A stretch of 64,000 nucleotides of DNA from an uncultured Pseudomonadota bacterium. GTDB lineage: Bacteria > Oederibacteriota > Muellerivitia > Muellerivitales > Muellerivitaceae. Of the stretch, positions 1-9,280 are shown one piece after another. The notes below the pieces were generated by a model. It was not told the origin of the DNA. It saw only the letters and a list, made by a program, of their open reading frames with translations, and ran no database searches. Position 1 is the first letter of the stretch, and each line of letters opens with the position of its first letter. The stretch covers positions 672,001 through 736,000 of the forward strand of contig CAVYRH010000026.1 of NCBI GenBank assembly GCA_963770835.1. The letters are read 5' to 3'. Position numbers and translations under genes: made by a program.

Positions 1-234
1 ATGGCCGCGGCTTACCTTTACCACATCGCCATGAACCATCCTTTTATCGACGGAAACAAAAGGGTGGGGGCTATGGCGGCCGACGTTTTTTTGGAATTGA
101 ACGGTTTTACCCTGCCGGCCGCTAAAGAATCCCTTTTTGAGAAGTTGGTTTTAGAAGTAGCCCAAGGAAAGGTAGAAAAAGGGGAAGTCGCGGTCTTTCT
201 AAGGAAGAACTCTAAAAAAACCAGCCGACCTTAA
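1..234 (+). CDS. Fic/Doc family (death-on-curing-like) toxin, 5'-truncated by window edge
   Basis: Fic motif HPFIDGNKRVG near the start; short Doc-like C-terminal helices. Confidence 0.85.
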   Translation: MAAAYLYHIAMNHPFIDGNKRVGAMAADVFLELNGFTLPAAKESLFEKLVLEVAQGKVEKGEVAVFLRKNSKKTSRP

Positions 235-260
235 TCGAAACCAATTCTTTGTTTGGAAAG

Positions 261-1556
261 TCAGCCCGGCTCCCGGGAACGGAAACCCTGATGATCCGCT
301 TCCACTTGAGCGGCATAAGCAAGGGAGGCTTCCGCCAACTGCTTCCGGAAGGCCTTTTTATCGGCTTTGATGGCCTCGAAAGCGGCCTTCGCGAAGGAAT
401 TCTTGGCGCGGGAATGGGCCCGGGCCAGGATGGCCCCCAATTGGATGGCAGCGCCGTCGTCGAGCATGGCACCGGGAAGGGAGGACTCGAAGGGGGATTT
501 CTCGCGCACCAGGTATTCCCCGTCCTTCAGTTCCAAGCGCCCCAGCCAGGGGTCGGGGTCGCGGGCCAGCGCCCGGCAGCCAAGCTCCACGCGAAGAACC
601 TGGCTGTCCCCACAGAGCTCGCGGGTTTTGCGGCGGGCTTTCTTCGGAAGGTCATCCCAGGCCGCGGGTTCCACTTCCCGCTTCACCTCCAATATCCGGT
701 AAGGGTTTTCCCCCTCTTCTTTTATCCGGACCAGGGCCCAATAGCACGCAAGGATTCCCCCGGCCAAATCCGGGTTGATGCACCGGGCGAGATCCACCAC
801 TTCGAAGAGACGGGGCTTGGGACCGGGCCAAGGTTTCAGGTCCCCGGCGTACCAAAGCAGGGCCTTTTCCAGCTTCTTGGAGGCTTCCTTGGGAAGCGCC
901 TCCAAGTCCTTGCTGCCGGAGGTTTTCAACCGCAATCCCGGCTTGCCGGCCTTGGCCCAGCGCTCCAGCATTGGGGGGTAACCGTGGGTCTTGCGGACAT
1001 TGGACAGGAAATGCCTTAGGGAACCGGAAGCCTGCTCCTCGTCCCAGGGGCTGTAACGGACGTTCTCGTACCACCGGCAGCTTTTGATTTCCCGCCAATA
1101 GGACCGGGCGCATTCCAAAACCATGCGGTAGACGGCCTTTGGCCCCTGTTGGTTTTCCCGCGCCGCCAGGGCCAGGCTAACCTCCAAGCGCAGGAGGTCG
1201 AACTGGTAATCCGCCACAACGCATTCGTCGAAGCTGCCCAGGTCGAAGACCAGCCGGCCCGAGGCGTCGGTGAAGCTCGTGAAACGGCCCCAAAGGGGGT
1301 TTCCGTTGATCCAAAGGCGGGTTTTCTTGTCCCCGCCGAAGGAATCTAAAAGAGGGGACTTGGCGAAATCGGACCAAAAGAGGTGGCTGGCGTACTGGAA
1401 AAAGGAATAAGGGGATTGGGCCATCAGCGCCCATTTAGTCTTCCGGGTATTCGGGTCTAGTTTGCGGTCGTAACGCCCGATCCGGTCCCTGACCCAGGAA
1501 GGGCGGGGGCGGGCGGGAGTGGGGGAGCCGTCGGCGTTGAGGGTGAAGGGTTCCAC
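261..1556 (-). CDS. DUF2252-family protein, divergent
   Basis: KWALMAQSPYSFF, RLVFDLGSFDE, DLLRLEVSL, ILEVKRE, DPWLG, ILARAH follow the DUF2252 motif order; GTG start. Confidence 0.65.
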   Translation of the reverse strand: MEPFTLNADGSPTPARPRPSWVRDRIGRYDRKLDPNTRKTKWALMAQSPYSFFQYASHLFWSDFAKSPLLDSFGGDKKTRLWINGNPLWGRFTSFTDASGRLVFDLGSFDECVVADYQFDLLRLEVSLALAARENQQGPKAVYRMVLECARSYWREIKSCRWYENVRYSPWDEEQASGSLRHFLSNVRKTHGYPPMLERWAKAGKPGLRLKTSGSKDLEALPKEASKKLEKALLWYAGDLKPWPGPKPRLFEVVDLARCINPDLAGGILACYWALVRIKEEGENPYRILEVKREVEPAAWDDLPKKARRKTRELCGDSQVLRVELGCRALARDPDPWLGRLELKDGEYLVREKSPFESSLPGAMLDDGAAIQLGAILARAHSRAKNSFAKAAFEAIKADKKAFRKQLAEASLAYAAQVEADHQGFRSREPG

Positions 1557-1650
1557 GGAGGCATTCTACAACGGCGGGACGGAAAGGGGTTCCGGCGCAA
1601 TGCTAAAGAATTGTAAAATAACCCGTCCAACCAACAAAACCTTAAGTTTC

Positions 1651-1731
1651 ACCACAGAGGCACAGGGACACAGCTAAAAAAACAACAAGCTAATGATTTT
1701 CTGCTTAACTGTGCCTCCGTGTCTCTGTGGT
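1651..1731. repeat. REP-like inverted doublet upstream of carbonic anhydrase
   Basis: ACCACAGAGGCACAGGGACACAG (1651-1673) is an imperfect inverted match to CTGTGCCTCCGTGTCTCTGTGGT (1709-1731). Confidence 0.7.
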
Positions 1732-1774
1732 TAAAAGAGGTTTTGTTAGAAACTTAAACTCCAAGGAATAGACC

Positions 1775-2404
1775 GTGAAAAAACTCATCAAGGGCATCAT
1801 CCAGTTCCACGAAACCAAGCGGAAGGGATACGAGGAAGCCTTCAGCAAGCTGGCCTTGGGCCAGAAACCGGACGCCCTTTTCATCGGCTGCTCGGACAGC
1901 CGGGTGGCCGTCAACGTCTTCGCCTCCACCGACCCGGGGGACCTCTTCGTCGTGCGCAACGTCGGGAACCTGGTGCCCCCCTTCGGCCAACCGGGCGGCA
2001 CGGGGACGGCCGCGGCGGTGGATTTCGCGGTGGACAAACTGAACGTCGCCGACATCATCGTCTGCGGCCACAGCGACTGCGGGGCCATGCACGCCCATTG
2101 CCAGGGGCAGGCAGCCCTCCCGGAGGGGTCGTTAAAGGCCTGGCTGGAAATGGGAGCCGGGCCCGAAGCCAAGGGCCTGGACGTCAACGAAGCCTCGCGC
2201 CGCAACGTGGCCGCCCAATTGGAACATTTGAAGGGCTACCCCGCCGTGGAGCGCGCCATACGGGAGCGCGGCCTGGGCCTGCACGGCCTTTGGTTCGACA
2301 TCCGGCACTTGGAAGTCCTCTACTATGAGGCGGCGGGCCGGTGGACCGTGTTGGACGAGAAACATGGGGAACGCATCCTGGGCTTCCTGGAGAAGCGCAA
2401 GTGA
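1775..2404 (+). CDS. beta-class carbonic anhydrase
   Basis: GQKP, CSDSR, PGDLFVVRNVGN and HSDCGAM zinc-binding motifs; AAGGA RBS before GTG. Confidence 0.95.
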   Translation: MKKLIKGIIQFHETKRKGYEEAFSKLALGQKPDALFIGCSDSRVAVNVFASTDPGDLFVVRNVGNLVPPFGQPGGTGTAAAVDFAVDKLNVADIIVCGHSDCGAMHAHCQGQAALPEGSLKAWLEMGAGPEAKGLDVNEASRRNVAAQLEHLKGYPAVERAIRERGLGLHGLWFDIRHLEVLYYEAAGRWTVLDEKHGERILGFLEKRK

Positions 2405-2433
2405 AAGCCGGAAGCTGAGAAAACGTAAAAAAA

Positions 2434-2667
2434 TTTCACCACAATGAAACGAAGACACAGCTAAGAAATCACATAAGGGCACCTCTAAAAATAAAACTAA
2501 CGGCACCCCTCACCCTAACCCTCTCCCCCAAGGGGCGAGGGGAATGTGGAATTCGCTCATCTTTTGCGCCCTCTCCCTTGAGGGGAGAGGGCGGGGTGAG
2601 GGTGAAGTATGAATTATTAGAGGTGCCCATAAGATTTAATAACCGTTTCCCTGTGCCCTGTGGTAAA
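2434..2667. repeat. second, degenerate REP-like doublet, interrupted by a MITE
   Basis: TTTCACCACAATGAAACGAAGACACAGCTAA resembles TTTCACCACAGAGGCACAGGGACACAGCTAA at 1647; partner CTGTGCCCTGTGGT near 2650. Confidence 0.55.
2477..2628. mobile_element. 152-bp MITE-like element
   Basis: Terminal inverted repeats GGGCACCTCTAA / TTAGAGGTGCCC; ATAA on both flanks (2473-2476, 2629-2632); internal CCCTCACCC..CCCTCTCCC / GGGAGAGGG..GGGTGAGGG palindromes. Confidence 0.75.
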
Positions 2668-2850
2668 TGGTTTTTTTAATAAGCTCTAATCCAGGTTCCT
2701 ATCCGAAATCTTCGGAAAATCCTGAAACTTTTTTAGTTCGTTCCAGCCCTCCTTGATTTCATTCTTCAACGGGTCCTCTTCCTGGCTTATGCTGGACGCT
2801 GATTCCACTGGAATAATTTCCGTTTGCATTTTTCCCGCAAAGGACCGAAC

Positions 2851-5774
2851 GTGAAGAAATCTTCCTTGTTTTCCGCGCTGCTATTTTGGACGGCCATTTT
2901 CCTGGGGGCGGGGACAAATGCCCTGGCCGAAAGCGCTCCGCCCCGGGAGCACCTTTTGATGGACTTCGGATGGCGGTTCGCGCTAGGGAGCGCCAGTGAC
3001 CCCGACAAGGATTTCGGGTTCGGGAAGGCCTATTTTTCCACCTTTGCCAAGAACGGCCTGGCCGACGGGCCTGCGGCGCCGGGGTTCGACGACCGGTCTT
3101 GGCGTGTCCTCAACCTTCCCCACGACTGGGCGGTCGAGCTTCCTTTTGACGAAAAGGGAAGTTTCAGCCACGGCTACAAGGCCCTGGGCCGGGCCTTTCC
3201 CCAGAACAGTGTGGGCTGGTACCGCAAAACCTTCTTCATCCCCAAGGAAGACCAGGGAAAGCGGGAGAGCCTGGAGTTCGACGGGGTATTCCGCGACTCC
3301 ATGGTCTGGGTCAACGGCTTTTACCTGGGGCGGGAACAAAGCGGCTACAACAACTTCCGCTACGACATCACCGACTACCTCATTTACGGCGCCAACAACA
3401 CGGTGGCGGTGCGAGTGGACGCCACCCAAGAAGAGGGATGGTTCTATGAGGGGGCGGGAATCTACCGGCACGTTTGGCTGACCAAGACCGCCCCCCTTCA
3501 CGTGGACTATAGCGGGGTTTTCGTAACCTCCAGTCTGGGGAAAGGCACGGCGGAAGTTACCGCCACAACGACCCTGGTGAATGAAAACCCAAGGGCCGGG
3601 CAGCTTTCCAAATCGAGCAAACCATCGAGGACGGGAACGGCAAGACTGTTGCCAAAGGCGGTTTGGTGGGCCAGCCCCTGGCTGCGGGGGTTTCCCAAAG
3701 CTATGTGGTGAAGATAAGGGTCGCCCATCCCCAATTATGGTCCCCGGAAAACCCCAACCTTTACAAACTAGTGACTACTGTTAAGTCCGGCCGGGCGGTC
3801 ATTGACCAAGTGGAAACAACTTTTGGCATCCGCACGATGGCTTTCGACCCCAACAAAGGCTTCTTCCTGAACGGAAAGCACATGGAACTCAAGGGTACCA
3901 GCAACCACCAGGACTTCGCCGGAGTGGGGGTGGCCCTGCCCGACGCCCTGCAGGATTACCGCATCCGCCGGTTGAAATCCTTCGGGTGCAACGCCTACCG
4001 CTCGGCCCATAACCCGCCCACGCCGGAACTTTTGGACGCCTGCGACCGGCTGGGGATGCTGGTCCTCTCCGAGAACCGCCTGATGGGGACCAGCCCGGAG
4101 CTCTTGGACCGCTTCAAGCGGCAAATCCTCCAAGAACGCAACCATCCTTGCATCTTCGCCTGGTCCCTGGGCAACGAGGAATGGGGCATGGAAGGCAACG
4201 ACCGGGGCGCCCAGATCGCGGCCTCCCTGCAGGCCTTCGTGAAGCGCCTGGACCCCACCCGATTCGTGACGGCGGCCGTTTCCGGGGGCTGGGGCGACGG
4301 CACCTCGAAGTCCCTCGAGGTCATGGGGTTCAATTACCTCGTCCACGGCGATGTCGACGACTACCACGCGAAGAACCCCAACCAGCCCAGCTTCGCCACC
4401 GAAGAGTCCGACACCCACCAGTCGCGGGGCGTCTATGACGGGACGGTTTACGGGCGTGAGGGTCCCACCGACCGGAAGGACATGAAGGACGGGATCGAGA
4501 GCGTCTGGAAGTACTACGTCCAAAGGCCCTTCCTGGGCGGGCTCTTCCTCTGGACGGGTTTCGACTACCGGGGCGAGGAGAACCCTTTCCATTATCCCGC
4601 CATCGCCTCCCAGTACGGGGTGTTGGACCTTTGCGGGTTTCACAAGGATTGCGCGGATTACCTGGCGTGCTGGTGGAAAAGCGAGCCCGCCCTCTTCCTG
4701 ACCCCCCATTGGAACTGGAAAGGGAAGGAGGGCCAGGTGGTCAAGGTGTGGGCTTTTAGCAATAGCAAGGAAGTCGAGCTTTTCCTGAATGAAAAGAGCT
4801 TGGGGAAAAAGGCCATGTCGGTCGATTCCCACTTGGAGTGGGATGTGCCCTATGAACCCGGCACCCTGTCGGCTAAAGGATACAAGGATGGAAAGGTCGC
4901 GGTAGAAGCAAAGGAAGAAACCACAGGTGACCCGGTTTCAGTGGCCCTGGCTGCCGACCGTGAAACGATCAAGGCGGATGGCGAAGATGTTTCGGTAGTG
5001 ACGGTCGAGGCCCAGGACGCACAGGGAAGGCCGGTGCCGACCGCTGCCAATGAAATCCAGTTCTCCTTGGAGGGGCCGGGCCGGATCATCGGGGTGGGAA
5101 ACGGGGACCCCATTTGCCATGAGCCGGACAGGTATTTCGAGACCGTTTCCCAGGTCGCCATCACGGAGCTGAAAATGAAGGATGGCGGGGCCTTGGGGGA
5201 CCGCCCGGAGGTTATGCCCGGTGAGGACGATTCCCATTGGCCAGCCCTTTTCAGCGGGCGCCCGGACGACCAGGGTATGGCCTCAACGGAAGAACCCCAA
5301 AATCGGGTGGTACGGGGAAGCTTCGACCTGCCCCAATTGACGGATTATTCCGAGATCGTCCTCTATCCCAAGGCACTCGTGGATGCCCAAGCGGTTTTCG
5401 TGAACGGCCACTTGGTGGCGGACAAGATCGGCCGGGACGACGCCGTGAAGGGTTATACCCTTTCCAAGGACATCCTCAAGACAGGGAATAACACCTACGC
5501 GGTGGTGGGCAAGGAGCTTTTGAGGCGCAAGAAGTGGGAGGACCTCAACATGGACCCCGGCGCCATCCGCACCGTTATCCCCGCAGGGGAATGGAAGCGC
5601 AGCCTTTTTTCCGGCTTGGCCCAGGTGATCGTGCAGTCCGGCCGCAAACCCGGGACCCTGCTTCTTAAAGCCGAATCAAAGGGCCTGGAACCGGCGGTTC
5701 TCACGATTGAATCAAAGGAAACCCCGTTAGGGCCCGCAGTGCCGGACGAAGTCCCCGCCGAAATCGGACAATAA
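2851..5774 (+). CDS. secreted GH2 beta-galactosidase-like glycosidase, split by one frameshift near 3585-3605
   Basis: Signal peptide; LPHDW, GWYRKTF, FDGV, WFYEGAGIYRHVWL in the first ORF; KGTSNHQD, NAYRSAHNP, WSLGNEE, WTGFDYRGE, IIGVGNGDP in the second; one added base joins them. Confidence 0.9.
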
Positions 5775-5971
5775 TTAAACATTATTTGAAAATTCCGCGA
5801 AAAATCAAATTTCAGTATTGACAGCCCTCAATGGCTTGCATAAACAATCCAAATCAGCTTCATCACTTATTGGGGGGTCCTTATGCGCCGATTTTCATTT
5901 TGGGAAATGGAATATCGAAATCGGTGCGGTACCGGCTTCCTCGGATGAATTCAAACTTAAGGAGGGCCCGT

Positions 5972-7848
5972 ATGGCACCCGTCGCTAATCCCCCTGTCGT
6001 CCTGATGATCCCCGTTGGCGATTTAATCATCCCGGAATTGAACCCCCGGAAGACCGTGAAAGAGGGGCCCCTGCTGGACCTCATGGCCCATATCCAGGCC
6101 GGGGGCCATGTGGACCGAATCCAGGTTTGGGGAGGGGACGGCAAGTCCGTCATCTCAGGCCAAAGGCGCCTATTGGCCTACCGGCGGCTGGGCAAGACCC
6201 ACATCGAGGCGGAGATCCTGGATATCTCCCTTGAGGAAGCCCGGAAAAAGGCCAATACCTCCAACCAGGGAGAGCCGCTTTATTGGCTGGAACAGTACAT
6301 AGGCTGGGAACCCGACCTGGCCCCGGGCTTGGGGCTAACGGATGAGCAGGCTGCGGCCGCCGTAGGGACGAATGCCGACTGGATTGGAAGAGCTCGAAAG
6401 CTTTTATCGGTGCTGAGTCCCATCTCCCGGAGGTTGATCCAGCAAAAATTGGAAGAAAGTCCCGCTAATGACGATGCGAAAAATAAGGGGAATAATGATG
6501 TTTCCGAACAGTTCGGAAACATCAAAAAACCCCTTAAAAAACGCATGTCCGAAAATCCTGAAAAATGGGAGCTTTTAGAGAGAACCGCCTTTGAGCTGAC
6601 CGCCTTCTGGAACAAGCGGTCCCTTCAGGACGTCCAGGCCCTGGTGGAGAAGGCCCTGCCGGTCATCCTGTCCCACCAAATGAACGGGCCTCAGGTCAAG
6701 GCGTTGGTCAAGTGGATGTCGGCCGGCAACGCACCGGAAGCGTTTGAGCAGCAACGTCCCCCTTTGAAAAAGGGGGAAGAGAAGGGGGTATTAGCCAGCG
6801 AATTAAAGCCGACCACGGTCCCCAATCCGGAGGCTCCAACCCCACATGCCCAAGTAGCCGCATCAATCGTGGGGAACATCCTCGGGAAACAGATAAAGCA
6901 GGCCCCCGGGCATATGGCCAACCGGGTCATACCCGGGTTTAACCGGATAATCCATGCCTTTACCTGGGTATTCCAGAAAATAGGAGTCAAGAACCTCAAT
7001 TGGGCCACCGTACTGGTGATATTCCTGGCTCTTTTGGTGGGTAGCACCCTTATCAGCTATGGCACCCGCTTCATTGGCCGGGTTTTCCAACACATGGTCT
7101 ATTCGTGGGCTGGAGTGAGCCAGCCTGCGGTGAGCCAGCCAAATTCGTCAAACGGGTCGAATGGTCCGAGTGCCGAAGTCGGGGCGACTTCGGCAAGCCT
7201 TTCGATCCCAACTCAAAACTCAAAACTTAACATTCAAAATTCACAGGGGGTGGGCTGGAAACGGGCCAAACCCCCTGTGGCGGTGCCGCCCGCTTGGGCC
7301 GCGGATGGGGCCGATTTTGCCACGATATCGCGGGCCATTTATTCAATCTGACTCCTGATTCCATAACCGACAATATGGAATGGCTCAAAAACCATATGCC
7401 CAAATCTTATTTTCCCACCGTCCTAAGCCAGTATTACGGGCCGGCCTTTCTCAAACAGATAATGGAGCAAAATCTGGTTTATACCCTCCAGGACACCCAG
7501 GCCGAGTTTCTGCGGATGGAGGGTGGTTCCGGGGTATTCTTGGTGAAGGGCGAACAAAGCAAGAGAGGGGATGGGCAATCCCCCACAAGCCGGCCCGTCG
7601 GCCTGATTATTCAAATCCATTACCACCCGGACTTGAATAGCCTGGTGGAAAAGTTGAGGGTTTTGAGTCCCGGGGAATTAGCGGCCCTAGCCGCGAAGGG
7701 AGCCCCGACCACCGAAGCTTCAGCCAAGGGCGAGGACCCGCTCAAGGCCGTTGGGGATGGGGTTAAGGATGTTCAAAGCGCGGTCAACACGGCCGATGAG
7801 GCCAAATCGGCTGCCGATAAGGCAAAGAGTATTTTGGATTTTCATTAA
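5972..7848 (+). CDS. ParB N-terminal-domain protein with a transmembrane segment and extracytoplasmic C-domain; frameshift at T-run 7315-7318
   Basis: LNPRK and VISGQRRLLAYRRLG (ParB arginine patch); TM WATVLVIFLALLVGSTLISYG; one added T gives ADFCHDIAGHLFNL continuing into ORF 7294..7848; AGGAGG RBS before ATG 5972. Confidence 0.65.
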
Positions 7849-7920
7849 GCTTTATCGGGAAGGGGTATCGTAGGGTGGGCCTACGGACGCCTTGCGCCTG
7901 GTGTTGCCTTTGGAAGGGGT

Positions 7921-8014
7921 AACATAGGGGTCATTTCCCCTATGAGCGCTGTTAGCTGAGGGGATCCGGGGGAACAAGGGGGTATTTCCCCTATGAAGCG
8001 CTCTTTGCTGAGGG
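7921..8014. repeat. two ~42-bp imperfect direct repeats, each with a palindromic core
   Basis: AACATAGGGGTCATTTCCCCTATGAGCGCTGTTAGCTGAGGG (7921-7962) and AACAAGGGGGTATTTCCCCTATGAAGCGCTCTTTGCTGAGGG (7973-8014). Confidence 0.7.
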
Positions 8015-8108
8015 CTAGAGGGCAGGGGGAAAGGTTTAGAATCAGAATGCTTCAAGAGGGCTTGACGTGAAATGGAAAATGGACGCCTGACCCCTTTTTT
8101 ACGTTTAT

Positions 8109-8437
8109 ATGGAACCAGAAAAAATTAAGGAATATAGTCGCGGCATAAATTACGTTCACGAAAACATCGAGAACAATAAACACAATCAAATTAAAACCAT
8201 TTTACAAGATTCAAAAAGAATTATTTTTTTAGGCTTTGGCTACGATAAACGGAATATTGGAAAAATAGAAATCGATTGGACCAAAGTTCGTATTTACGGG
8301 ACTACTTTCAACATGACAGCTGGTGAAGTTAGGAAAAAATTTTTTTGGCAGGTGGAGTCTTCAGGCAAGCCGGGAAAGCCTTGCACAATTTAGATTGTTT
8401 AAACCTTTTAAGAGAGATAGCGGATAAAATTTCTTAA
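8109..8437 (+). pseudogene. C-terminal fragment of a SIR2-like/AbiH-type protein
   Basis: RIIFLGFGYDKRNI..IYGT motif; frame is closed just upstream by TGA inside the inverted repeat; a -1 shift in the A/T run near 8334-8346 gives a tail ending LDCLNLLREIADKIS*. Confidence 0.5.
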
Positions 8438-8498
8438 TAAATAAAAAGAAAAGTCCAGACTGTCTCTCGAACAGACTTTTGATTTCTGGAGTTTCTGC

Positions 8499-9092
8499 AT
8501 GATAACAACAACACAAATTATTTTGGCCATACTTGGAAGTGGGGCTTTTAGTGCATTAATAAGTGCTTTTGTTAATTATTTGGCAGACAGAGGCCATCAA
8601 ACCCGACAATTAAAAATTGATTATGTAAAAGAACAGCTATCCAAATTGTATGGTCCAATATGTTATTTTCTTGGGCAAAATGAATTGATAATTAGTCATG
8701 TAAATCTAGTTTCTAAAAAAATAATTGAAAAGGCGAATGAAAATAATTTTGGTTATTCTCAAAATGAACTTTTAGAAGTAGTTAAGAAAGATACACAAGT
8801 CAATTTTCAATTTTCTCAGACGCTTTTGAATAACAATGACGAGGTGATGAAAATACTGAAGGAAACCTGGCATTTAATCGACTTGTTAGACATTGAAGCG
8901 TTCCAAGAATTTCAATTAAATGTTATTCGTTTTAAAACAGAACTTGATGAAACAAAATTTCCAAAACTTTCTTTACTTGTAAGCAATGAACTTCCCGAAA
9001 TTATGAAGAATTACCCACAATACATTTCCAAAGTCAAATTAGCATTTGAAGCTAAAAAGAAAGAATTAAAGAGATTGGAATCAACCGGTTGA
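8499..9092 (+). CDS. AT-rich hypothetical protein with N-terminal membrane anchor
   Basis: 197 aa ORF, GGAG RBS, hydrophobic N-terminus then helical body. Confidence 0.7.
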   Translation: MITTTQIILAILGSGAFSALISAFVNYLADRGHQTRQLKIDYVKEQLSKLYGPICYFLGQNELIISHVNLVSKKIIEKANENNFGYSQNELLEVVKKDTQVNFQFSQTLLNNNDEVMKILKETWHLIDLLDIEAFQEFQLNVIRFKTELDETKFPKLSLLVSNELPEIMKNYPQYISKVKLAFEAKKKELKRLESTG

Positions 9093-9280
9093 AAATGGTG
9101 GTCGATTCGAATCCAATGAACAATAAAACCGTGAAAAGGGGTCAGGCCGGAGTTTATAGTTTGACCGTGACTTCACTCTTCCCCTGAAGCTTCAGCGTGG
9201 GGCGGAACGCCCGGCCTTCCAGGGAGGCCTTCTTAAAAACTCCGCGACCCCCCGGTTTTTCCAACAAATGAGCTAAAAAT

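Larger units (their letters stand above)
8085..9147. mobile_element. AT-rich cassette bounded by inverted repeats
   Basis: GCCTGACCCCTTTT (8085-8098) and AAAAGGGGTCAGGC (9134-9147) are a perfect 14-bp inverted pair; GC drops sharply between them. Confidence 0.6.

Noticed and set aside
249..1019. Long alternative-frame ORFs, also 3768-4832, 9446-10837, 53978-55024, 55503-56294, 57712-58626, 62923-63726
   Set aside because: Overlap well-supported genes on the opposite strand; expected in GC-rich DNA
8100..9130. Integron cassette array
   Set aside because: No integron integrase or convincing attC site
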